This document shows positions 19,911 through 32,780 of a DNA stretch of 64,000 nt, piece by piece. This stretch comes from an uncultured Gemmatimonadales bacterium (lineage in GTDB: Bacteria; Gemmatimonadota; Gemmatimonadetes; Gemmatimonadales; GWC2-71-9): assembly GCA_963825055.1 (NCBI GenBank), contig CAWGSK010000012.1, positions 320,001 through 384,000 of the forward strand, given 5' to 3'. Below the pieces are notes generated by a model that saw only the letters and a program-made list of their open reading frames with translations, ran no database searches and was not told the origin of the DNA. How positions within the stretch are numbered: position 1 is the stretch's first letter; each line of letters starts with the position of its first letter. A program made the position numbers and the translations under genes.

Positions 19911-20981
19911 ATGGATGCGTTTGCCGCGCTCAAGGAATACGCGCACGAGCAACTGGTCGTCTGCCAGGAACCCGAGGTGGGTTACACAGGCATCATTGCA
20001 GTGCATGACACGACGCTGGGCCCCGCGCTCGGTGGCACCCGGTACTGGAGCTATCGCACGCTGGACGAGGCGATCGTCGACGCGCTGCGCCTGTCGCGGG
20101 GGATGACATACAAGGCGGCGGTCGCCGGGCTCAACCTGGGCGGTGGCAAGTCTGTCATCGTGGGCGACAACAAGCGTTCCGATCGCGAGGCGATCTTCCG
20201 CGCGCATGGGCGCTTCGTGGAGAGCCTGAACGGGCGCTATATCACGGCCGAGGACGTGGGGACCAGCCCGTCCGACATGGAAATGATCAACCTCGAGACG
20301 CGACATGTTGTCGGCCTGCAGTCGCTGTCCGGTGACCCGTCTCCCGTCACCAGCCACGGCGTATACATGGGCATGAAGGCCGCCGCCGCCTGGCGCTGGA
20401 GCAGCGATGACCTGTCGGGAAAGACCGTGGCGATCCAGGGCTGCGGGAAGGTCGGCTACTACCTGGCCACCTACCTCCATGCGGAGGGGACGAAACTCAT
20501 TGTCACCGACATCGACGCCGACAAGGTCAAGATGGTGGTCGAGGCCACCGGCGCGAAAGCGGTCGGGCCGGACGAGATCTATGACCAGAAGGCGGACATC
20601 TATGCCCCGTGCGCGCTCGGTGCGACCCTCAACGACGATACGCTGAAGCGCCTGAAGGTGGAGATCATTGCGGGCGGCGCCAACAACCAGCTCGAAGAGG
20701 AGCGGCATGGTGACCTGCTCGAGGAGAAGGGCATGGCCTACGCTCCCGACTACGTGATCAATGGCGGCGGCCTGATCAACGTGTATGGCGAGCTCCACGG
20801 CTGGGACAAGGAACGCTCGAAGCGGAAGGCCGGGGAGATCTACCAGGCGATCACGAAAGTCTTCCAGATCGCGAAGCGGGACGGCATCCCGACCTACATG
20901 GCGGCCGACCGCATGGCGGAGGAACGCATCGCCGAGATGGGCCGCCTCAACCAGATCTGGGTCCGTCCGCGCTGTCCGTGA
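19911..20981 (+). CDS. Glu/Leu/Phe/Val dehydrogenase (leucine dehydrogenase-like)
   Basis: HDTTLGPALGGTR, GMTYK, GGGKSVI, TAEDVGT, GGANNQL. Confidence 0.93.
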   Translation: MDAFAALKEYAHEQLVVCQEPEVGYTGIIAVHDTTLGPALGGTRYWSYRTLDEAIVDALRLSRGMTYKAAVAGLNLGGGKSVIVGDNKRSDREAIFRAHGRFVESLNGRYITAEDVGTSPSDMEMINLETRHVVGLQSLSGDPSPVTSHGVYMGMKAAAAWRWSSDDLSGKTVAIQGCGKVGYYLATYLHAEGTKLIVTDIDADKVKMVVEATGAKAVGPDEIYDQKADIYAPCALGATLNDDTLKRLKVEIIAGGANNQLEEERHGDLLEEKGMAYAPDYVINGGGLINVYGELHGWDKERSKRKAGEIYQAITKVFQIAKRDGIPTYMAADRMAEERIAEMGRLNQIWVRPRCP

Positions 20982-21018
20982 CGGGACAGATCCACCCCGG
21001 TACTGTAGATTGGAACCC

Positions 21019-21474
21019 ATGGCAGAGACCATACCGATTGGTGCCGATCACGCCGGCTTCGCATTGAAGGAGCAAATCGTCGCCGAACTGGCCCGCCTGG
21101 GCTACACACCGCTTGACCTCGGCCCGTCCGATGAACAGTCGGTGGACTACCCGGACTACGCGCACGCGGTGGCGGAGCGCGTCGAGCGTGGCGAGTCCGG
21201 CCGGGGTATCCTCCTGTGCGGAACGGGGCTCGGAATGTCCTACGCCGCAAACCGGCATCACGGCGTCCGCGCCGCCGTGGTCTGGTCGGAGGAAATTGCG
21301 CGACTGGCGCGGGAACACAACGACGCGAATGTCCTTGTGCTCCCCGCCCGGTTCCTGCAGGATGAGGATGCCATGCGGATCCTGCATGCCTGGCTCGATA
21401 CACCCTTTGCCGGCGGCCGCCACGCGCGTCGCGTCGGGAAGATCGAGCCCCCCGCGGAGGCCACGAGTGACTGA
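21019..21474 (+). CDS. rpiB: ribose 5-phosphate isomerase B
   Basis: [30 protein letters not shown]. Confidence 0.95.
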   Translation: MAETIPIGADHAGFALKEQIVAELARLGYTPLDLGPSDEQSVDYPDYAHAVAERVERGESGRGILLCGTGLGMSYAANRHHGVRAAVVWSEEIARLAREHNDANVLVLPARFLQDEDAMRILHAWLDTPFAGGRHARRVGKIEPPAEATSD

Positions 21475-22741
21475 TACGCACGACACGCCGCTCCGATCCG
21501 TCGACCCGGAGATCGCGACCCTCATCGCCCGCGAGGTCCGGCGCCAGCAGCAGGGGCTTGAACTCATTGCGAGCGAGAACTTCGCCAGCCGCGCCGTGCT
21601 TGAGGCGGCCGGATCCGCCCTCACCAACAAGTACGCCGAGGGCTACCCGGGGAAGCGATACTACGGGGGATGCGAGGTGGTGGACGAGGTTGAGCGCCTC
21701 GCGATCGCTCGTGCGAAGGAGCTCTTCGGCGCCGACCACGCCAACGTCCAGCCGCACAGCGGCGCCCAGGCGAACCTCGCGGCCTTCATGGCCGTCCTGC
21801 CACCGGGGGAGCTGCTGATGGGCATGAGCCTCCCGCATGGTGGGCACCTGACCCACGGGGCGAAGGTCAACCACTCGGGCATGATCTGGCGCGCCACGCA
21901 GTACGGCGTGGATCCGGCCACGGGCCGTATCGATTACGACCAGGTGCGCGACATCGCCCGGCGGGATCGCCCCGGCCTGCTTATCGCCGGCGGGAGCGCC
22001 TACGCCCGGACCATCGACTTCGCCACCTTCCGCGCCATCGCGGACGAAGTGGACGCGACTTTCCTGGTGGACATGGCCCACATCGCGGGGCTCGTGGCCG
22101 GGGGCGCGCATCCGTCGCCGGTGCCGCACGCGGACCTCGTCACCAGCACGACGCACAAGACGCTGCGCGGTCCGAGGGCGGGCATGATCCTCTGTCGCGC
22201 CGAATTCGGGCGCGCGGTGGACAAGTCGGTCTTTCCGGGTCACCAGGGCGGGCCGCTTGAGCACGTCATCGCCGCGAAGGCGGTGGCCTTCGGCGAAGCG
22301 CTGCGACCGTCCTTCCGGGAGTACGCGGCGCAGGTGGTGGCCAACGCGCGCGCGCTGGCCGCCGCGCTCATCGCGCGCGGGTTCGCCATCGTCTCCGGCG
22401 GGACCGATACACACCTCATGCTGGTGGACCTCCGCTCACGGAAGCTCACGGGCAAGGTGGCGGAAGCGCTGCTGGGTGACGCCGGGATCACTGTCAACAA
22501 GAACACGATTCCGGACGACCCCGAGTCGCCGTTTGTCACCAGCGGCGTCCGCCTGGGCACCCCCGCCCTCACCACCCGGGGCATGGGCACGGCCGAGATG
22601 GAGCGGATCGCCGGCTTTATCGACGAGGTACTGTCCCGGCGGGACGACGCCACGATCGCCCGGGTCCGCCGCACGGTGGAGGAAATGGCGGGCGCGTTCC
22701 CACTCTACGAATCCGTTCCGGAACCGGTCGGCTCGCGGTGA
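21467..22741 (+). CDS. glyA: serine hydroxymethyltransferase
   Basis: [39 protein letters not shown] start at 21467. Confidence 0.97.
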   Translation: MTDTHDTPLRSVDPEIATLIAREVRRQQQGLELIASENFASRAVLEAAGSALTNKYAEGYPGKRYYGGCEVVDEVERLAIARAKELFGADHANVQPHSGAQANLAAFMAVLPPGELLMGMSLPHGGHLTHGAKVNHSGMIWRATQYGVDPATGRIDYDQVRDIARRDRPGLLIAGGSAYARTIDFATFRAIADEVDATFLVDMAHIAGLVAGGAHPSPVPHADLVTSTTHKTLRGPRAGMILCRAEFGRAVDKSVFPGHQGGPLEHVIAAKAVAFGEALRPSFREYAAQVVANARALAAALIARGFAIVSGGTDTHLMLVDLRSRKLTGKVAEALLGDAGITVNKNTIPDDPESPFVTSGVRLGTPALTTRGMGTAEMERIAGFIDEVLSRRDDATIARVRRTVEEMAGAFPLYESVPEPVGSR

Positions 22742-23127
22742 ACGAGCTTCAGTTTGCCGACGGCGTGCTGACCCGGATCCTCGAGCGGGAGCCGCGCTAC
22801 CACGAGCGGGCGTACCTGTTCGTGCTCGCCGCCATCGAGTACCTCCAGTGCCGGCTGCCCGAACGGCGGCACGTCACCGGGGCCGAGCTCGCCTGGGCCT
22901 GCCGCGACCTGGCGCTCGACCAGTTCGGGCTGCTTGCCCGGCCGGTCCTGGAGCACTGGAACATCCGCACGACCGAGGACCTCGGCCGGATCGTCTTCAC
23001 CATGGTGGAGGTGGACCTGCTCCTCGCCCGGCCGGAAGACTCAGTTCAGGACTTCGCGGACATCTACGGGTTTGAGGACGCCTTTCGCGCCGACCTGGTC
23101 TGGGAGCGTGTCGCGAATCAGGCGTGA
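22738..23127 (+). CDS. Minf_1886-like conserved protein
   Basis: [38 protein letters not shown] pattern, recognised from memory of the family. Confidence 0.78.
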   Translation: MNELQFADGVLTRILEREPRYHERAYLFVLAAIEYLQCRLPERRHVTGAELAWACRDLALDQFGLLARPVLEHWNIRTTEDLGRIVFTMVEVDLLLARPEDSVQDFADIYGFEDAFRADLVWERVANQA

Positions 23128-23147
23128 TGCCGTCACGGGGAGGGAAC

Positions 23148-23342
23148 ATGGAGAGCAGGGACTGGACGGACTGCCGCAGCTGCGCCAAGGGCGTACTGGT
23201 GCCCCTGTCGGACTATGGGCGCGACGGCGCGCCGATCACCTACAAGGCATGGGTCTGCACCAATCCTGAGTGCGGGTTCAACCTGCGGATCGACAACGGC
23301 GAAATCTCGATCGGCCGCACCATCACCCGCGGCCAGAAGTAA
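23148..23342 (+). CDS. small putative zinc-ribbon protein (64 aa)
   Basis: [10 protein letters not shown], CxxC...CxxxxC (CRSC; CTNPEC), LVPLSDYG and YKAWVC. Confidence 0.8.
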   Translation: MESRDWTDCRSCAKGVLVPLSDYGRDGAPITYKAWVCTNPECGFNLRIDNGEISIGRTITRGQK

Positions 23343-23375
23343 GCCACGGCCGGAGTCCCGGCCGCCACCCCCGCC

Positions 23376-24920
23376 ATGCCCATCATCCCCGTCCTGACAC
23401 CAGGTGAATCGGCGGACTGGGATCGCCTCGCCGAGTCGGCGGGGATCGCCCTCGCCACCCTGATGGATGCCGCCGGCCGCGCCGTGGCCGATGTCCTGGC
23501 GCGCCGCTATCCCGCGCCGCTCCGCCAGGGAGTCCTCGTGGCGTGCGGCAAGGGCAACAACGGTGGGGACGGCTGGGTGGTGGCGCGTGTCCTGCACCGG
23601 CTCGACGTCTCCGTCTGGGTGGCTGCAGTGCCGGGGGACGGGTCGCCCCTGCAGCAGGCCGTGCGCGAGCGCGCCCTCGCTGAGGGTGTGCGAACCGTCT
23701 CGGTGGATGGCCCCTGGCCGAACGTGGGTCTCGTGGTGGACGCCATCCTGGGCACGGGCGCCAGCGGCGCGCCCCGTGAGCCCGCCGCAGGCCTGGCCGA
23801 ACGCCTCGCCGAAGCGCGGGTGCCGCGGGTCGCGGTGGATGGGCCTACCGGGCTCGACCTCGGCACCGGCGTTTCCTGGGGGCATGCCGGCGCCGACCTG
23901 ACGGTGACCTTCGGCGGGCTCCGCCGGGGCCACCTGCTGGGACGCGAGGATGTCGGCGACGTCGTGGTGGTGGACATCGGCCATCCGCCGCCTGACCCTG
24001 CCTGGACCACCTTCGTAACCGACGCGATGGCAGCCGCCTGGCTCCCGGTGCTCCGCGCAGGCGACCACAAGGGCATCCACGGGCGGGTCGCGGTGGTTGG
24101 CGGCAGCGGGGGCATGGCCGGTGCCGTCCGGATGAGCGCCCGGTCCGCGTTCGCCGCCGGCGCGGGGCTTGTCCATGCCGTCGCCCCCCTCGCAACCATC
24201 GAGGCGATACGCTCGGGCGACCCGGACATCCAGACCCTCGTGCACCCGCTGGAGGGAGAACCGGGCGAGGGAGACCTCCCCCCACTCGAAAATGCCGATG
24301 CCGTGGTGATCGGCCCCGGCCTCGGCCGGGAGCCCGGGCGGCGTGAGTTTGCCGCCGCCGTAATGCGACGGGCCCGCCGGCTCGTCGTGGATGCGGACGC
24401 GCTCACCATCTTCCAGGACGACCTGGACACACTCGCGTCCCTGGTGCGCGGGCGACCCGCAGTGCTGACCCCTCATCCGGGAGAATTCCGCTCCCTCTTT
24501 GGCGACCTCGCCTCCCACCTGGAGAGCGACCCGTGGGACGCCGCCGCTCGCGCTTCCTCCGCGGTGGGCGCCACGGTGCTCCTGAAGGGGGTGCCCACGG
24601 TCGTGGCCCGGGGTGGCCGGTGCTCCTTCACAGTCGGAGCGGGCAACCCCGGGCTCGCAACCGGAGGGTCGGGAGACGTGTTGAGCGGCATTATCGGCGC
24701 GGCCCTCGCCCGCGGGATGGAGCCTGACCAGGCCGCCGCGCTCGGCGCGCAGGTCCTCGGCCGGGCCGCTGACGCCGCAGCGCGACGCACCACAGCCCGG
24801 GCGCTCCGGCCGCTGGACGTGATTGGCGCCTTCCCCGAGCTCTGGCGGACGTGGTCGCTCCCCGCGCCTGCCGCCCGGCCCCCGGTCCTGCTCGACCTTC
24901 CCGCTCCCGCCACCGTCTGA
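23376..24920 (+). CDS. nnr: bifunctional NAD(P)H-hydrate epimerase/dehydratase
   Basis: CGKGNNGGDG, VDAILGTG, GPGLG, DADAL, LTPHPGEF, LATGGSGDVL. Confidence 0.93.
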   Translation: MPIIPVLTPGESADWDRLAESAGIALATLMDAAGRAVADVLARRYPAPLRQGVLVACGKGNNGGDGWVVARVLHRLDVSVWVAAVPGDGSPLQQAVRERALAEGVRTVSVDGPWPNVGLVVDAILGTGASGAPREPAAGLAERLAEARVPRVAVDGPTGLDLGTGVSWGHAGADLTVTFGGLRRGHLLGREDVGDVVVVDIGHPPPDPAWTTFVTDAMAAAWLPVLRAGDHKGIHGRVAVVGGSGGMAGAVRMSARSAFAAGAGLVHAVAPLATIEAIRSGDPDIQTLVHPLEGEPGEGDLPPLENADAVVIGPGLGREPGRREFAAAVMRRARRLVVDADALTIFQDDLDTLASLVRGRPAVLTPHPGEFRSLFGDLASHLESDPWDAAARASSAVGATVLLKGVPTVVARGGRCSFTVGAGNPGLATGGSGDVLSGIIGAALARGMEPDQAAALGAQVLGRAADAAARRTTARALRPLDVIGAFPELWRTWSLPAPAARPPVLLDLPAPATV

Positions 24921-24948
24921 CCCTCCCCCGGCGCGCTATACTTCCAGC

Positions 24949-26520
24949 ATGGTCCGAACGAGCCTGTTGCTTCTCTCTTGCGCAGCCCTGCATGGCACGC
25001 TCGCCGCGCAGTCGGCCCCGAAGTGGTCGCCGCGCGAGCGCATGGTGGTGGGTGACTATTCCCGCATCACGGCGGTGGCCGCCGCACAGGACCGGGTGTA
25101 CGCCGCCTCACCCGACGGGATCCTCACCTGGAACCCGTACTTCCGGCAGTGGGAAGGAACCGCAACCCCGCCGGACCCGGCCATGCTGGACCGGGTCTTC
25201 GCCGCCCTGGTGGATCCGCTCGACAATACCCTCTGGATGGCACGGCTCGATGGCTGGGTACACTACAACCCGTTCATCCAGACGTGGGAAAGGGGCACCG
25301 CCGGGGGGGCGGTGCAGGGGATCGCCTTTGACCTGGGCGCCCCGCTCGACGGCCTCTATCTCCGGACGGCTAGCGGCTGGATGATGGTGCCCCGCGGTTC
25401 GAGCGCCGCGGTCCCTGCGTCGGCGCCGCGGCGACCGGTCATGCCTGCCACGGTGCGCGAGGCCGTCGAGCAGAACCCGACTCTCCAGGCCAACAGTGCG
25501 GCAATCCTCCAGGACAACCGTCTCCGTTCTGCCCGGTTCACTGCCGCGGCGCGCTCGTTCGACGGCCTGGGATGGTACCTGGGGACTTGGGGCGTGGGCT
25601 TGCTGTACCTCCCGGACGGGGCCGCCCTGCCGCAGCAGCTCACCTACGGGCTGCCGGGCCGGGCGGTGGACGCGCTCTTCGGCGCGCCCGACGGCGTGTG
25701 GGTGTCCACGGCGCGGGCCGCAAGCCAGGATCCGGCGATCGCGTTTGTCTCCTCGGACCTCTCCGACTTCCGCTGGATCCGTGGCCCCACAGGTTTCGGG
25801 CTTCCCTTCGACCGTTCCTCGGCCATGGTGGCGCGGGGACGGGAATTGTGGATCGGCACGAACGCCGGCGCCGTCAAGGTGGACATGGAGCGCGGTGGAA
25901 CCACGGTCTACGATGAAGGCCGTGGCCTGCCGGACAGCAGGGTGCTGTCGCTCGCGACCCGCTATGGGCGGCTGGTGATCGGCACGGAGCGTGGAGTGGT
26001 GACCGTGGACAGCGGCGATGTCCAGCGCGTTGCGCCCGGATGGGCCGGGGCCTCCCAGGCCCTGGCCATCACGGGCGACACGATCTGGGTGGGCACGCGA
26101 GCCGGCATCCGGGCGATCCTGCCCGGGGCATCGGATGCCCGGGTCCTGCCCCAGCTGGAGAGTGCCGCGAGCCTGCAGCTCAACATCACCGGCTTCGCCT
26201 GGCAGGCGGACACTCTCGTCGCCCTGAGTGATGACCGGCTGCTCTGGCGGAAGCCCTCGAGCGGCACCTGGTTCCTCGGTCCGATACTGTCCCCGTTGCT
26301 GGGTCGCCTCCGCCTCATCACGGCCGATCGCCAGGGGCTGTGGGTGGCCGGCGACCGCGCCGTGGCCTTCACGACTCCCACCATGGCGCCGACCCGTCCA
26401 CTCGACATTCCCGATGACACCAATGGCGACGTGATGGCCCTCGCGGCCGACGACGTCTACCTCTGGATCGGCACCGAGCGGGGCCTCACCCGGTTTGCCA
26501 TGCAGGCCATCCGTCCGTGA
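24949..26520 (+). CDS. exported beta-propeller protein, function unknown
   Basis: Signal peptide plus repeated LWIGT/IWVGT/LVIGT..G blades. Confidence 0.75.
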   Translation: MVRTSLLLLSCAALHGTLAAQSAPKWSPRERMVVGDYSRITAVAAAQDRVYAASPDGILTWNPYFRQWEGTATPPDPAMLDRVFAALVDPLDNTLWMARLDGWVHYNPFIQTWERGTAGGAVQGIAFDLGAPLDGLYLRTASGWMMVPRGSSAAVPASAPRRPVMPATVREAVEQNPTLQANSAAILQDNRLRSARFTAAARSFDGLGWYLGTWGVGLLYLPDGAALPQQLTYGLPGRAVDALFGAPDGVWVSTARAASQDPAIAFVSSDLSDFRWIRGPTGFGLPFDRSSAMVARGRELWIGTNAGAVKVDMERGGTTVYDEGRGLPDSRVLSLATRYGRLVIGTERGVVTVDSGDVQRVAPGWAGASQALAITGDTIWVGTRAGIRAILPGASDARVLPQLESAASLQLNITGFAWQADTLVALSDDRLLWRKPSSGTWFLGPILSPLLGRLRLITADRQGLWVAGDRAVAFTTPTMAPTRPLDIPDDTNGDVMALAADDVYLWIGTERGLTRFAMQAIRP

Positions 26521-27475
26521 CGTTGCTCGACCTGGGGCCGGGGGTGGAATTCGATCGGATCCGGAGTATCGCACGCGCCCTGGGCGCCCGCGGCACGGCG
26601 CTCGGCGATGACTGCGCGCTCGTACCCATGGGTGACACCTTCCTTGCGCTGAGTTGCGACCTCACCGTGGAGGGAGTTCACTACCGCCGCGAATGGCTCA
26701 CCCCCGCGGAGGCAGGATGGCGTGCGGCCACCGCAGCGCTCTCCGACCTGGCCGCGGATGGCGCCGAGACCATCGGCGTCCTCGTGGCGCTCGGCATGCC
26801 GGCGGAAGCGGATGACGAGTCCGTCGCCTTCATGGAAGGTGTGGGTGACGCAGTTGAGGCCGCCGGCGGAACGGTCCTCGGCGGAGACCTGAGCACCGCG
26901 CCGGCCTGGGCCTGCGACGTCACCGCGGTCGGGAGGGCCTCCAACCCCGTTACGCGGGCAGGCGCCAGGAACGGCGACGGGATCTGGGTGACCGGATCGC
27001 TGGGCGGCGCGAGGGCGGCCGTGCGGGCGTGGGAGGCTGGTCGCGAGCCGGGGGGAGATGCCAGGCAGCTTTTTGCGAGGCCTGAGGCACGGATCGGCGC
27101 CGGCCGGTGGCTCGCGGCGGCGGGGGCGCATGCGATGCTGGACCTGAGTGACGGACTGGCCGGCGATGCGAGGCACCTCGCCGCCGCGAGCCGCGTCGGC
27201 ATCGACATTGACCTCGGCCTGGTTCCGGTGGCTCCGTGCGCTGCGCGTGAAGCGGTGGTCGCCGGAGAGGCTCCAGCGCACTTCGCGGCCACCGGCGGCG
27301 AGGACTACGAACTCCTGGTTGCCATGCCGGAAGGTTTCGGTGCGGAAGGCGCGCGGGACTTTCTCGCGGCGACCGGCGTCCCGCTGGTCAGGGTCGGTCT
27401 CGTTGGCGGCGTTCCGGGTGTCCGGTTCCTCGATGAGGGTCGGCCGACGTCCCTCGAGGGATTCGACCACTTCCG

Positions 27476-27479
<4 letters not shown>
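26517..27479 (+). CDS. thiL: thiamine-monophosphate kinase
   Basis: EFDRI, GDDCA, SDLAA, GGD, DLSDGL, GGEDYEL, GFDHF. Confidence 0.94.
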
Positions 27480-29843
<2,364 letters not shown>

Positions 29844-29846
<3 letters not shown>

Positions 29847-29876
29847 CCTTCGCCCTTCGACCTTCGACTTTTGTCC
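29844..29876. repeat. degenerate heptamer array (CCTTCGA family)
   Basis: tgacctt cgccctt cgacctt cgacttt. Confidence 0.7.
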
Positions 29877-29885
29877 TCGCTTCAG

Positions 29886-29959
29886 GGCAGGGTAGCTCAG
29901 GTGGTTAGAGCACGGCACTCATAATGCCGGGGTCGCGGGTTCGAGTCCCGCCCCTGCTA
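29886..29959 (+). tRNA. tRNA-Met (CAT), elongator-type
   Basis: GGCAGGG-TA-GCTC..GAGC-A-CGGCA-CTCATAA-TGCCG..GCGGG-TTCGAGT-CCCGC-CCCTGCT-A. Lacks initiator features. Ile2 is not fully excluded. Confidence 0.93.
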
Positions 29960-30051
29960 TGCTCTCCTCGTAGAGGAGAGCTTTTTTGTGGCCTCGGCCT
30001 TCAGCTCGAGTCCCGCCCCTGCGATGCTCTCCTCGAAGCGGAGGGCTTTTT
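29941..30051 (+). repeat. direct repeat of tRNA-Met 3' end plus terminator (46 bp, 65-bp period)
   Basis: 29941-29986 versus 30006-30051 match at 42/46 nt by manual alignment. Confidence 0.9.
29961..29987 (+). terminator. rho-independent terminator after tRNA-Met
   Basis: GCTCTCCTC-GTA-GAGGAGAGC followed by TTTTTT. Confidence 0.85.
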
Positions 30052-30060
30052 CTTTACCTG

Positions 30061-30183
30061 GGTCGAAGGCGAAAGTCGAAGGTCGAAGGTCCGGACGTTG
30101 CCCTCACGGCTCGACTCTCCATTCCCTACTCCCTACTCCCTACTCCCTGCTCCCTGCTCCCTGCTCCCTGCTCCCTGCTCCCT
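30061..30183. repeat. heptamer arrays (GTCGAAG)n and (CCCTACT)3(CCCTGCT)5
   Basis: Directly visible at 30061-30092 and 30124-30183. Confidence 0.92.
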
Positions 30184-30259
30184 CTTGACAGTGGCTTCCC
30201 CGCCATCATGCTAGGCATGAGCGGTCCCCCTGTCGCCCGTCTCCAGCCGAGGTCGAACG

Positions 30260-32581
30260 ATGCTCCGGCGATTCTGTCGTCGTGCCGCAGGCCTGTTCCT
30301 GGCTGCCATCCCGCTGTTCACCCTGCCGCTCAACGCCCAGTCCGAGGCCAACGTACCCGCCTATGACTCGGTCTATGCGGACCTGGTCGGCCTGACACCA
30401 CTCAAGCGACAGGTCGCCGAGGTCCGTGACCTCGTCATCCAGCGGGACGTGGGGCGCCTGGAGCTTACGTCGGGTCAGCTGGCCGTCCTCTCCCCGGTGG
30501 GAGGCCGCACAGTGGCCGTGGCGTTCCGGGGGCAGGGGGTCTTCCACTTTGCGCCGCCCACGCGGATAGAGCAGGGCCGGCTCAGGGAATTCCGCAAGGT
30601 CACCGCGCTCGACGAGCCCTTCACCGACCTGCTGATCGTCTTCTGCGATTCCACGCTCGACGAACTGCGGGCGCGCGTCACGTTCGCTGACGGACCCGTG
30701 CCTGACCACGTGGAGCAGCAGGTCCGCCGGATGCTCAGCTACCTCGGTGAGAAGGACGACCGGACGCTGGACCCGGATGTCCTCCGTCCCCTGCTCAACA
30801 GGGAAACGAACGCGCTCTTCTATGCCTACATGGCGAAGGGCGGGGACGATCCCTGGATGTTCATGATCAATCCTTACGAGACGGAGTCCGTGCGGCTGCT
30901 CGTTCGCGCGCGCCACAGTGGGTTTACCCGGGCGGCCGAGGTGGTGTCACAATTCCCCGCCGGCGGGGACAGCCTGCCGCAGAGCCTCGCGAGCCAGCGG
31001 GTCAAGGAGGTGCGGGTGGCCCGGTACGAGATCGAGAGCTGGCTGCCGCAGACCATGACGGGAGACCTGGCCTTCAGCGCGGCCGCCCGGCTCGAGATCA
31101 CCTCGGACACCGCGGCCGGGCCCTGGGTGGCCTTCGGGCTCATGCCAAAGCTCAAGGTCGATTCGGCGCGGTGGGACGACACCGGCGAGCCCGCCGTACT
31201 GTTCAAGGGCAAGGATGACCCCACCCTCTGGATCCACCTCCGGGGCGCACTCGCGCCTGGGGCCGTGGAGCCCCTGCGCCTCTACTATCATGGCGACCTG
31301 ATCGACCGCTACGGCGACTGGTTCTTCATCAAGTCCAGCGTAGCGTGGTATCCCCAGCAGATGGGATGGCGCAACGTCGCGGACTTCGACCTGACGTTCC
31401 ATTACCCCGCCTCGATGACCCTGGCTTCGGTTGGCGACCAGACCAGCCTCGGCGGCGACAAGCGGACCGTGACCTCCAAGTGGAAGACACGACGGCCGAT
31501 CCGGAACGCCTCCTTCAATCTCGGGATCTTCGACACCCACAATGTCGAGAAGGACGGCGCGCCGAAGGTGTCGGTTCTCTGGTCGGAGAAGGGGCACCGC
31601 GAACTGAAGCAGGTCGTCGCGCAGGAGCGGAACATGAAGGAGCGGGTGGGACTCGACGTGGCCGCCGCCATGCAGTTCTTCGGCGAGGTCTTCGGCCCGC
31701 CCCCCGTGGACCAGTTCTACGCAACGGAAATCCCGTACCTGCACGGCGAGGCCTTTCCGGGACTGATCCATCTCTCGTACGCCACCTTCGTGCTGACCGC
31801 GAAGGACGGGCAGGACGAGGTCTTCCGCTCCCACGAAGTGGCGCACCAGTGGTGGGGGATCGGGGTCGACTATGCCTCCTATCATGACCAGTGGCTGAGC
31901 GAGGGCATCAGTGATTTCGCGGGGCTGTGGTTCATGCAGACCCGGCGCAAGGACAACGACAAGTACTTCCGGATGCTGGACGACTGGCGAAACGACATTC
32001 TCGCGCGCCGGGGGGATTCGCTGCCCATCTGGCTGGGACGGCGGATGGACACGTACGACCCGCGAGACCGGAACTACAACGTCATCGTCTACCAGAAGGG
32101 CGCCTGGGTCATGCACATGCTCCGGATGCTCCTGCTGGATCTGCAGACGATGAACGAAGACCGGTTCGGGGCGGTCATGCAGGAGTTCTACCGGACGTAC
32201 CAGGGTCAGCGCGCCACCACCGCGGACTTCCAGCATGTGCTGGAGCGGCGGCTCGGCCAGCCGATGGACTGGTTCTTTAACGAATGGGTTTATGGACACG
32301 AGATCCCGACCTACCGGGTGGCCTGGAAGGGCGAGCCCGATGGGGCCGGGAAATTCCGGTTGCGCCTGCGGGTGAGACAGGAGGGCGTCTCACCGGATTT
32401 CCTGAATTATGTGCCGGTGAAGGTCATCATGGAGGACAAGTCGCTCGTGCGCGCCCGGCTGAAGGTGACCGGCGCGGAATCCGAGCTGATCCTGCCCGTC
32501 ATGCTGCCCTCCAGGCCGAAGACGGTGGAATTCAACGACCTGGATGGGGTCCTGGCGGAGGTCAAGACCGAGGGCTGGTGA
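30260..32581 (+). CDS. exported M1-family zinc aminopeptidase
   Basis: Signal peptide, GEAFPGLI, HEVAHQWWG..WLSEG (HExxH...E), YQKGAWVMHMLR. Confidence 0.9.
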   Translation: MLRRFCRRAAGLFLAAIPLFTLPLNAQSEANVPAYDSVYADLVGLTPLKRQVAEVRDLVIQRDVGRLELTSGQLAVLSPVGGRTVAVAFRGQGVFHFAPPTRIEQGRLREFRKVTALDEPFTDLLIVFCDSTLDELRARVTFADGPVPDHVEQQVRRMLSYLGEKDDRTLDPDVLRPLLNRETNALFYAYMAKGGDDPWMFMINPYETESVRLLVRARHSGFTRAAEVVSQFPAGGDSLPQSLASQRVKEVRVARYEIESWLPQTMTGDLAFSAAARLEITSDTAAGPWVAFGLMPKLKVDSARWDDTGEPAVLFKGKDDPTLWIHLRGALAPGAVEPLRLYYHGDLIDRYGDWFFIKSSVAWYPQQMGWRNVADFDLTFHYPASMTLASVGDQTSLGGDKRTVTSKWKTRRPIRNASFNLGIFDTHNVEKDGAPKVSVLWSEKGHRELKQVVAQERNMKERVGLDVAAAMQFFGEVFGPPPVDQFYATEIPYLHGEAFPGLIHLSYATFVLTAKDGQDEVFRSHEVAHQWWGIGVDYASYHDQWLSEGISDFAGLWFMQTRRKDNDKYFRMLDDWRNDILARRGDSLPIWLGRRMDTYDPRDRNYNVIVYQKGAWVMHMLRMLLLDLQTMNEDRFGAVMQEFYRTYQGQRATTADFQHVLERRLGQPMDWFFNEWVYGHEIPTYRVAWKGEPDGAGKFRLRLRVRQEGVSPDFLNYVPVKVIMEDKSLVRARLKVTGAESELILPVMLPSRPKTVEFNDLDGVLAEVKTEGW

Positions 32582-32622
32582 CGCGAAACCCTCCCGAGGT
32601 CGGCACCGGCGAACGGGGAGCG

Positions 32623-32780
32623 GTGATTGGTGATTAGTGATTAGTGCCTGGGGAGAAAGTATCTTCGCGATCCCCGATCCCCGATCCCCGATCCCCGATC
32701 CCCGATCCCCGAACCCGCGGCCCCGGACTCACCTGAGCCCGGGGCCGCGCCCTTCGAACTTCGTCCTTCGTCCTTCGACC
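32623..32780. repeat. composite heptamer arrays (GTGATTR)3, (CGATCCC)6 and CCTTCGA-like x4
   Basis: Three arrays in the gap between convergent genes. Confidence 0.9.
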
